From Armatimonadota bacterium (GTDB lineage: Bacteria > Armatimonadota > Armatimonadia > Armatimonadales > Armatimonadaceae): a stretch of DNA of 14,469 bases. Position numbers and translations under genes: made by a program. Of this stretch, positions 6,311-13,411 are shown in pieces. A model generated the notes under the pieces. The model worked only from the letters and a program-made list of their open reading frames with translations. It was not told the DNA's origin and searched no databases. Position 1 is the first letter of the stretch, and each line of letters starts with the position of its first letter. The stretch is taken from NCBI GenBank assembly GCA_043754515.1, contig JAYUUO010000087.1, forward strand, positions 1-14,469. Direction: 5' to 3'.

Positions 6311-6847
6311 CTAGAATCCGAGCCGCACGAACCCGCCCAGGCCGCCGACCGCGCCCCACTTGCGTTTCTTCTCGTACACGCCGTCGCCGTCCCGGTCTAG
6401 CCCCGCCGGGTCGCTCGTGTTGCCCTCCACCGTGGTCAGGCCCCCCGGATACGAGCCGGTCACGATGCCGATGTGCGCGAGCCGCCCCTTCGCCGGGAAA
6501 TAGAAGCATATCAGGTCGCCTCTTTGCGCTGGTACTAAACCCTGCGCGGCCTGATCCGCCGTGATCCACGCGCCGTGAGCGCGCGCCCAAGCACCGTAAT
6601 CCGGCACGTAGCCCGAATCCGGGAACCCCGGCGGGAGCTCGGTGCCGAGGAACCCCGCCGCCTTTTCGAGGCAACGGTGTGCGAAAGCGGCGCACCATGG
6701 GTCGCCGGGCGACCCATGTACGGACGCCTGGAACCGCTCGACTTGCGCCCCTCGGTTGTTCCCACCCGACTCCTGCGTGTGCGCCGCAGCGAATCCCAGC
6801 GCGACTTCCGCCCCTTTGACCGCGATCACCCCCGGTTTATTCTGCAT
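6311..6847 (-). CDS. CHAP-domain peptidoglycan hydrolase (endolysin)
   Basis: E.GGNNRG..V...PWCAAF (catalytic Cys), GDLICF, HIGIV (His) and TVEGNT motifs of CHAP/C51 amidases. Confidence 0.9.
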   Translation of the reverse strand: MQNKPGVIAVKGAEVALGFAAAHTQESGGNNRGAQVERFQASVHGSPGDPWCAAFAHRCLEKAAGFLGTELPPGFPDSGYVPDYGAWARAHGAWITADQAAQGLVPAQRGDLICFYFPAKGRLAHIGIVTGSYPGGLTTVEGNTSDPAGLDRDGDGVYEKKRKWGAVGGLGGFVRLGF

Positions 6848-6924
6848 GATGTTCCCTATCCTCTAGAAACGAGCTTCTAGATCTTTCCTACGTGTCCCGA
6901 AAAATCCGCAACCGCCGCGGTACA

Positions 6925-6944
6925 GGTGCAAACAAGTTTGCACC
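6925..6944. promoter_or_regulatory. Perfect 9-bp inverted repeat with a 2-nt spacer upstream of the lysin
   Basis: ggtgcaaac-aa-gtttgcacc. A second inverted repeat, tctagaa-N6-ttctaga, is at 6862-6881. Confidence 0.55.
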
Positions 6945-6961
6945 GAGTCAGAGAAATCTAT

Positions 6962-9900
6962 CTATTTGCCGCCCGGCACCTTCGGCATGGCCGGCATCGC
7001 GGGCATCGTCGGCATGGCTGGCATGGCGAACGGGTTGTTTCGCGGCGAAATCAACGGGTTGCCGTTGCCGCCCTTCGCCCCCGGCTTGTAGATGTCCGGG
7101 TTTGCGGTTCCCGGCCCCGTCCGCGACTTGAACGGGTTCAGCGCGGACAGCGGCCCGCCGACCGGCTTCCCCTCGGTCTGCTTCTCCGGCAACCGGCTAC
7201 GCAGGAACGGGATCCGCGCGAGCACGTGGTTGAAGTTAATGCCGGTCGCTTCCTTCGGTTGCTTCGTATCCCGTTCCCTGCCGCCGTCAATCGCTTGGGC
7301 CGCTGTCGCCATGGCCGCGCCGAACGGTACCGCTCCCTGCGCCGCGTCCGCCGCGAACTGCGCCGGGTTTTTCTCGGTCATGTTTTTCAGTGGCCCCTCT
7401 TCCATGAGCGGGAGATCCCCCGCCGTGTGCGCGAGGCCCGCCGCGTACCCCGCCGCGTCCGATCCGTACTTGCGCCCGTGCTCGTTCATCGTGGCCCCGA
7501 GCGCGAGCATCTGTCCGACCGGAGAGAGCGCGTCTATCTCGTGCCAGGTTCCGCCGATGTGTATGCTGTTCGCCGGTATGCCGGATTTCTCCCGCTTCTG
7601 GTAGTCGCCGGCCCCCATCGCCGCGCCCGTGAGCATTCCCTTGCTCGCGAGCTGGTAGCCGATAGCCATGAGTACCGCGCCGGTCGCGCCGCGCCCGATG
7701 GACTTCGCGAAGTTCGCCCGCTCCGCGTCGTTAAACGCGGGCGTGAGCAGTGCCTTCGCCGCGTCCGCCATGTCTTGCGCGTTCTCGGCGGTCGGGGAGA
7801 GGGCGAATCGTTGCCGGGCCTCTGCGTCCGCTTTCGAGGCCGCGACGTCGGAGAGGATCGCTCGGCCCGCGCCGACCGGGCCGGACAGCAAACCGCCGCC
7901 GGCGTATTCGAGGCCCCGCGCCGCGGCGTTGCTCGGGATCTTGACGATGGGCAGGGCGTAGTCGATGGCGGCGACGGCGAACGGGTTCCCGCGCTGGGCG
8001 TCTTTCGTGTTGCTCACGCCCTTGGCGAGCCGGTTCGGGTTCTGGAACGTGGCGACCGCCGCGTCCGCGAGTGCCTGTATCGCCATGGCCGGCGTGGGTG
8101 TCGTCGTGAGGTCCTTGATCCGCACCGGGTCTATTTTCGTGTTTGCCGCTTTCGCCTCGGCCATGGCGATTAGCCGCGCCTGGGCCGCTATCGAGGCGTT
8201 CGCCGCGTAGACTTTAGCCGGGTAGGTTGCGGCACTGTGCGAGTTGAAAACCGCGTTCACCGTGCCGTTAAAGACGGCATCCGCGACGGCGTTGAAAGCC
8301 TTGTTGCCGGTCTTGAAAACCGGGCCGGTGCTGGTATGGCCGAAAGCTCCGGGGCCGGACTGTAGCCCGAGCGGGTCGTTGGCGGCGTCCGGCTTCCCTG
8401 TCCGTAGGATCTGGCCCGCGCCCTTTACGCCCTGGGTCGCGGCGGTGAGCGACGCCCGCGCGAGCGTCGGCAGGTCCACGCCGACGGCGGCCCGCCCCGT
8501 GCCGATGATCCGGCCTATGTCCGTCTTGTCGCCGCCGAGCGCGCCCGCCGTGGCTACCCGCGCCATGTCCGCGACGGCGGCGACGTGGCTTGATACCGTC
8601 TCGCCGACCGCCATGGAGCCGTTCGCTAAGGCGATCTTTAGCACCGTGCGCGGGGAACTGACCAGGCCCGCCTTGTACAGCGTCATCAGGTCGTCTACCC
8701 AGGTGTTTTCCTTGGTAGGAGCGGCTTGCTTCTTTCTCTGGAACAGTGCCGCGCCGCCCTCGTCCTGGACCCTGCCCGCCCGTGCCGCCGCTCGCGCCGC
8801 CCGGATCTTCGCCATGTCGAGGTTCTGTTCGGAAACGAATTTGTACCCCGTGTTCGCGAGCTCCTGGCCGCGAGCGGTGGTCGGGGCGTCGCCCGCAAGG
8901 TATGCCCGCGCCGCGTCCGCCTTCGCCGCGACGTTCGGGGTACCGATGAACGCGTCGGGCTTGACTTCCACGACGTGCCGGGTCCCGTCCTGGTTCGTCA
9001 CGAGGAAGTCGGGCCAGTAGTGCCGATCGGCGTTGTCTCTAGCTGGGTCTTTGTAGGGGATCGCGAGGTCGCGCCCGAGCCGGACCCAGTTCGAGACGTT
9101 CGGGTCGGCGTCCAGCATCTTCGCGTATAGTAGTTCGTACGCCGAGTCGAGCTTGACGGGTCCCCGAGAAAGAACGCCGTTTCGTTCCGTCTCCGGTGTT
9201 TTCGGGGAGTTCCAGTCTGATCGGGTCCCGGTTTGCCGGCGGCCCGATTGGAATAACGCGCCGGTCTCCCGGCTTTCCCGCGCCCTGTCGTTTTTCGCGG
9301 CGAAAATACGAGAGTCCAGGTTGTTCTCGGCTTGGGCAAGAACCTGCGCGGGCGTCGGCGCGGGTTCATCCCCGAACAATCCGCTCTGCTTCGGTGATCC
9401 CGCGTCCTGCGCGGCCTGGGCGTAGGACCGTAGCAAGTCGGCTATTCTCGCCGGGCTCCTCCTGAAAGCATCGAAATCCTTGAGCAGCTTCTCTCCCACC
9501 GAGGACAGGTCCGGGCCGAACATCTGCTCCTGCGCGAGGTATTCCGGCACGCCCTGCCCGCGCGCCCGCAGGTCGGAGAGTTTGTTCGCCGCCGCCGCTA
9601 TGTCGCCCGTGATGTCGAGCGGGTGCGCGTCGCCGCTGGCTATCGTCTGCTTCAGTCTCGCCATTTCGGGCGCGGTCGCCGTCATGGCACGGCCGACGCC
9701 GGTTACGTTGTCGTCGGTTGACTCGGCGATCCTCGTTACCGCCGCGTGGTCGTCGTAGGCCGACGATAGTACGGCGTTTCGGACGCGCCGCAAACCCTGC
9801 GCGGACAGGGAGCCGTCGCCTTGCACGAGCGCGGCCCGCTCGCCTTCGGGAACCGACGCCATGAACTGTCGGACGAAATCCCGGTTCTCGCGCACGTTCA

Positions 9901-12900
9901 GGTCGCCGTTCGCGCCCGCCGCTACGCGGCTAATCAGGCCGGTGTCGCGTAGCCGTTTGCCGTCCTCGGCGGCGACTTCCGTCTCCGACCGGGCGGCGAC
10001 GGGGGACGCGCCCATCTCGGAGGCGAGCGCGGCGCGGCCCTCGGGGGCTAGTTCCCCCTCCCGCACGCGGACCAGCACCGGCCTGTCATGCTTCGCTATG
10101 TCCTCCGGCTTCAACCCGTACTTCGCCGCGCCGTCTATGAGGCTCTGCTTGTAAGCCGCCGCCGATTCGGGGTATTGGTTGTAGGCCCGGCGGATGGCGA
10201 GGGCGCGCCCGTTGCCGCTCTCGACCTGTCCGTCCGCGCCGACGATGGGCGAGCCTTCCGCCGTGGACGATGACGCGCCTAACCGGTCGGCGTTGAGCTT
10301 GCGGGCTATGCCGTCTATCTGGGCGAGGGATGCGATCCGGGAGCGGTCGCGCGGCTGGAGGGTCTGGTCGTACTTCGGATGGGGCGCGAGCATGTCGGTC
10401 TGCGACGGCACCAGGCTGTCCGCGTTTACGGCGGCGTAGCGGGTTTGTACGGGGCGGTTGGCAGGGGTGTATACCGTGGCGGCGTCGCCCGGCGTGTGCT
10501 CCATCGGGGCGAGACGGACCCGGTTACCGCCCGGCGAGGGCGGGATACTGCGGGCAAGGGCGACGCCGCGACCGTCGCCCGTTTGTTCCGGCAGGACGTT
10601 GCCGAGCGGGGACGCCCCCGGCTGTCTCCCCTGTCCCTGTGCCGTCTTATCGGCGGCGCGTTGCTCTCTCTCCGTCAGGAGTCCGGTTATCTCCCGCTTC
10701 GTCGCGGCGTGTTGCCTCGCGGATGCCCGCTCGAGGCTCGCCTGGAACGCTCTGTCGCCGCCGCTCGCGAACCCGGATTTGATGCTCTTCTGCTCCGCCT
10801 TGTACCGCGCGAGTTCGGCGTCCCATTCGGCGGCCTTGTCCGGGGGCAGGTCGGCGTAGCGCGGGCGGTCGTCCACCACGAGCGCGACGCGCTTCGCCCC
10901 CGGCGATACCGGGTCGGAGAACTTTACCTCGGCGGGTCGCCCTCCTCCGGCGGCAGCGGCGATGCCACGCCCGCCGCTTCCTCCGTCTCCTGGGGTTGCT
11001 TCAGTTGCCCCCGCCGCCGGTTGGCTAACAACGGTTCTACCCCCGGTTGCCTGTAGTACGCTACGTCCTCCGCCGTCGTGTACGCCGGGTGTTTCTTGTA
11101 CGATTCCGCCCAGTCTATCTCTTCCGGTTCCGCCGGTGCCCTGTCCGCCATTGCTGTTATCTACCCCCTCGCCTGTGATGTCCGATACGTCGCCATGATA
11201 CCGCGCGAGCATCTCTTTTACTTCGGGCGTGAACGATTCGGCGGGGACGTGGTTTCTGAGGGCGTTGTAAATGTCGGTCAGCCAGACTTTGAACCGGCCG
11301 AACGTCGTTCGCAGGGAGGGGTTCGGGGCTTCGCCGTCCTGCAAGTATTTTTCGTAGGCGGTCGCGAACTTCTCCTGCGCTTCCGCGTCCCACCTCCCGT
11401 TTTTCGCGCCCGCCCAGTCGCCGAGCAGTTGCCCGTCCGCGCCGCCGAGTTGCCTCTGGAAGACGTGCGCGAACTCGTGGGGGAACGTCGAACCGTCGTG
11501 CGTGAGCGTCGAGGAGATGACCTGCCGCGCGTCGTCGGCGTTCATGGGGGCGAGCTTCCTCACATACTCCGCCGCCCCGTAGAACTCGCCCGGCTTCGCC
11601 GCCCCGTCCCTCTCCGTCTCTTCGGCGGTCATGTGGTCGTTCACGATGTCGGCGAATCGTTGCGCGGCGTCCTCGCCGCCGCGCGAGAGTCCGGCGAGGT
11701 TCTCTTTGTACCACTGGGCGGTCGTCTGTCCCTTGGCGGCGGCACTGCCACGCGCGAGGGATTCGCCGATCACGGCGGACTGGTGCGCTTGGTCGGGGGT
11801 GAGGTTCGGGAAGGCGTCCTTGACGGCGGCTTTGAGGCTGGCGAAGTCGCGGATGCCGGTGCGGGTCACCAGCGCGTCGGTGGGAATCGCCGACGGGTTT
11901 TGCTTCTGGTCGTCTGGAACCGCTGCGGTTCTCAGAGTGTCTGGAACCGTCTGTTCCCCGTCCAGCGTGAGGGCTGTCTGGGGCGAAGGGGCCGCCGCTT
12001 TCGTCTGTTCCGGCAAATCGCGGCGCGGCGCGAACGGGTCTTGTGGCGTGGTCACTACCACGCCCTTCTCGTCGGTGCCGACTAGCCAGCCGCCCGTCGC
12101 TAGTTTGACGGGCTGGCCGCCTTCGGGCGGCGTGATGCCGGCGTTCTCGGGTCTTTTGTAGTAATCAAGGGTCGGAGCGGTCGCCGTTTCGGCAGGGGCG
12201 GGGGCGTCGGGCTCCTTGCCCGGCGGCCTCCTGGACGCGGCGAAGCCCGGTATCTCGGGCCTCGCGATGACCGCCGGGGTTTCGTCCGGCAGTTCGAGGG
12301 CGCCGGGTCTCCTCGTCAGTTCGCCCGCCTCGCTCATTTCCACGAGCGGACTCGTCCCGCCCGCTCTCCCCTTCATGGCGGCTTGCATCTCCGGGTCGGG
12401 GGATTTGATTCGCGTTTCCTCCTCGCCGTGGTCGCCGGGGAACGCGAACCCGACCGCCGCGCCGCCGAGCGCGTCGTTGCCTATGGCGTTAAGGTCGAAC
12501 GGGTTCTGCCCCGACGCCGCGCGGTTGATGCCGCCCGCGACGCCGGAGAATCCCGCGCCGATTCCCGCCCCGGCGAGCCGTGCGGTGATGGAGCTCGAGA
12601 ACGGGTTGCCCATGACCGCCATGGGCGCGTTCGCTACCAGTCCCGCCGCCGCCGGGTTTCGGGCGCGGAAAGCTGCCTCGTCCTGTTCCAGGGCGGCGTA
12701 CGAGCCGGGGCCGGTGTTTCCGTGGTCGGCGGCTTTCAGCGCGGCGTCCTGCCCGATCTGCGTGCCAAACATCGCTCCAACACCCGTGAGAGTGGCGGCG
12801 AGTGGGCCGAGGGCGGGGAACAGTGCGGGTACGGCGGCCCCGGCGGCGAGCGCGGGGAAGCCTAGCAGGGCTGTCCCCAGGCCGGCCTTCGCGTCGGCGT

Positions 12901-13402
12901 AGGTGGGCATGGTCGGGGAGAGGGGCGCGGTCGCCCCTATCGTGCGGGCGTTGCCGAAAAGCCCGGAAAACGGGTTGCCGTTCGGGTCGCCCGTGACTTG
13001 GATTCGCGGCGCGATCCCGGTGGTGCTGTTCGCGTCGGCGGCGATCCGGTAGTCGGCGTTGTCGTCGTAGCCGTCTCCGGGCCGGGCGGCGAGCTCCTCC
13101 GGTGTGGGGGGCTGGTAGGGCGCGATCGCGTCGGCGAGCGAAAATGCCGCATTTGTCGCGAGCCGTCCGGGGCGGGCGGGCGGAGCCCTGAGCGGGCCGC
13201 GTCCCGGAACATACGGTGGCACCCCTGCCGTTGCGAATGGGTTGGTTGGTTTCCCCTGTGCCGGTTTGGAGGCTTTCGCTTGGGCCGGGCCGTACTTCGC
13301 GCTGAACGCGTCGCCGATCTCTTTGTCGGTCGGCGGGCTACCGTCGTATGTGATCGTGGCTTTCCGGCCCTGCTCGTCTGTTACTGTTACTGTGTCTGGC
13401 AT
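6962..13402 (-). CDS. Giant (2146 aa) polyvalent, probably virion-ejected protein: HExxH module, DdrB-like ParB module, TnsA-like PD-(D/E)xK nuclease, helical C-terminal region
   Basis: HEFAH (aa 642) followed by QEKFATAYEKYLQDGEAP..LR..F.RFK.WL.DIY; LQPRDR...G.PIV...G.VESGNGR (aa ~1061); S.YE...LD.DPNV...YWPDFLV...VVEVKP (aa ~1462). Sits between a virion-like gene and the lysin. Confidence 0.85.
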   Translation of the reverse strand: MPDTVTVTDEQGRKATITYDGSPPTDKEIGDAFSAKYGPAQAKASKPAQGKPTNPFATAGVPPYVPGRGPLRAPPARPGRLATNAAFSLADAIAPYQPPTPEELAARPGDGYDDNADYRIAADANSTTGIAPRIQVTGDPNGNPFSGLFGNARTIGATAPLSPTMPTYADAKAGLGTALLGFPALAAGAAVPALFPALGPLAATLTGVGAMFGTQIGQDAALKAADHGNTGPGSYAALEQDEAAFRARNPAAAGLVANAPMAVMGNPFSSSITARLAGAGIGAGFSGVAGGINRAASGQNPFDLNAIGNDALGGAAVGFAFPGDHGEEETRIKSPDPEMQAAMKGRAGGTSPLVEMSEAGELTRRPGALELPDETPAVIARPEIPGFAASRRPPGKEPDAPAPAETATAPTLDYYKRPENAGITPPEGGQPVKLATGGWLVGTDEKGVVVTTPQDPFAPRRDLPEQTKAAAPSPQTALTLDGEQTVPDTLRTAAVPDDQKQNPSAIPTDALVTRTGIRDFASLKAAVKDAFPNLTPDQAHQSAVIGESLARGSAAAKGQTTAQWYKENLAGLSRGGEDAAQRFADIVNDHMTAEETERDGAAKPGEFYGAAEYVRKLAPMNADDARQVISSTLTHDGSTFPHEFAHVFQRQLGGADGQLLGDWAGAKNGRWDAEAQEKFATAYEKYLQDGEAPNPSLRTTFGRFKVWLTDIYNALRNHVPAESFTPEVKEMLARYHGDVSDITGEGVDNSNGGQGTGGTGRDRLGGIVQETPGVHDGGGRSVLQATGGRTVVSQPAAGATEATPGDGGSGGRGIAAAAGGGRPAEVKFSDPVSPGAKRVALVVDDRPRYADLPPDKAAEWDAELARYKAEQKSIKSGFASGGDRAFQASLERASARQHAATKREITGLLTEREQRAADKTAQGQGRQPGASPLGNVLPEQTGDGRGVALARSIPPSPGGNRVRLAPMEHTPGDAATVYTPANRPVQTRYAAVNADSLVPSQTDMLAPHPKYDQTLQPRDRSRIASLAQIDGIARKLNADRLGASSSTAEGSPIVGADGQVESGNGRALAIRRAYNQYPESAAAYKQSLIDGAAKYGLKPEDIAKHDRPVLVRVREGELAPEGRAALASEMGASPVAARSETEVAAEDGKRLRDTGLISRVAAGANGDLNVRENRDFVRQFMASVPEGERAALVQGDGSLSAQGLRRVRNAVLSSAYDDHAAVTRIAESTDDNVTGVGRAMTATAPEMARLKQTIASGDAHPLDITGDIAAAANKLSDLRARGQGVPEYLAQEQMFGPDLSSVGEKLLKDFDAFRRSPARIADLLRSYAQAAQDAGSPKQSGLFGDEPAPTPAQVLAQAENNLDSRIFAAKNDRARESRETGALFQSGRRQTGTRSDWNSPKTPETERNGVLSRGPVKLDSAYELLYAKMLDADPNVSNWVRLGRDLAIPYKDPARDNADRHYWPDFLVTNQDGTRHVVEVKPDAFIGTPNVAAKADAARAYLAGDAPTTARGQELANTGYKFVSEQNLDMAKIRAARAAARAGRVQDEGGAALFQRKKQAAPTKENTWVDDLMTLYKAGLVSSPRTVLKIALANGSMAVGETVSSHVAAVADMARVATAGALGGDKTDIGRIIGTGRAAVGVDLPTLARASLTAATQGVKGAGQILRTGKPDAANDPLGLQSGPGAFGHTSTGPVFKTGNKAFNAVADAVFNGTVNAVFNSHSAATYPAKVYAANASIAAQARLIAMAEAKAANTKIDPVRIKDLTTTPTPAMAIQALADAAVATFQNPNRLAKGVSNTKDAQRGNPFAVAAIDYALPIVKIPSNAAARGLEYAGGGLLSGPVGAGRAILSDVAASKADAEARQRFALSPTAENAQDMADAAKALLTPAFNDAERANFAKSIGRGATGAVLMAIGYQLASKGMLTGAAMGAGDYQKREKSGIPANSIHIGGTWHEIDALSPVGQMLALGATMNEHGRKYGSDAAGYAAGLAHTAGDLPLMEEGPLKNMTEKNPAQFAADAAQGAVPFGAAMATAAQAIDGGRERDTKQPKEATGINFNHVLARIPFLRSRLPEKQTEGKPVGGPLSALNPFKSRTGPGTANPDIYKPGAKGGNGNPLISPRNNPFAMPAMPTMPAMPAMPKVPGGK
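6984..7028 (-). repeat. Five 9-bp in-frame tandem units encoding (xMP)5 at the C-terminus of the giant protein
   Basis: ggcat recurs at 6984, 6993, 7002, 7011 and 7020; the protein reads AMPAMPTMPAMPAMP. Confidence 0.9.
9286..9320 (-). repeat. 35-bp inverted repeat, copy B (partner 594..628)
   Basis: 34/35 identity. Encodes LDSRIFAAKND in the linker between the ParB-like and nuclease modules. Confidence 0.95.
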
Positions 13403-13411
13403 GTCGCTCGC

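Noticed and set aside
8923..8931. Seventh TCGCCGCGA core
   Set aside because: Lacks the A/T-rich flanks (ct...cg), and about one bare core could occur by chance at this GC content. Not counted.
8820..9160. Tn7-like transposon or intein/homing insertion
   Set aside because: Only a TnsA-like catalytic domain, in frame within a larger protein. No tnsB/tnsC, no transposon ends and no intein C...HN splice motifs were seen.
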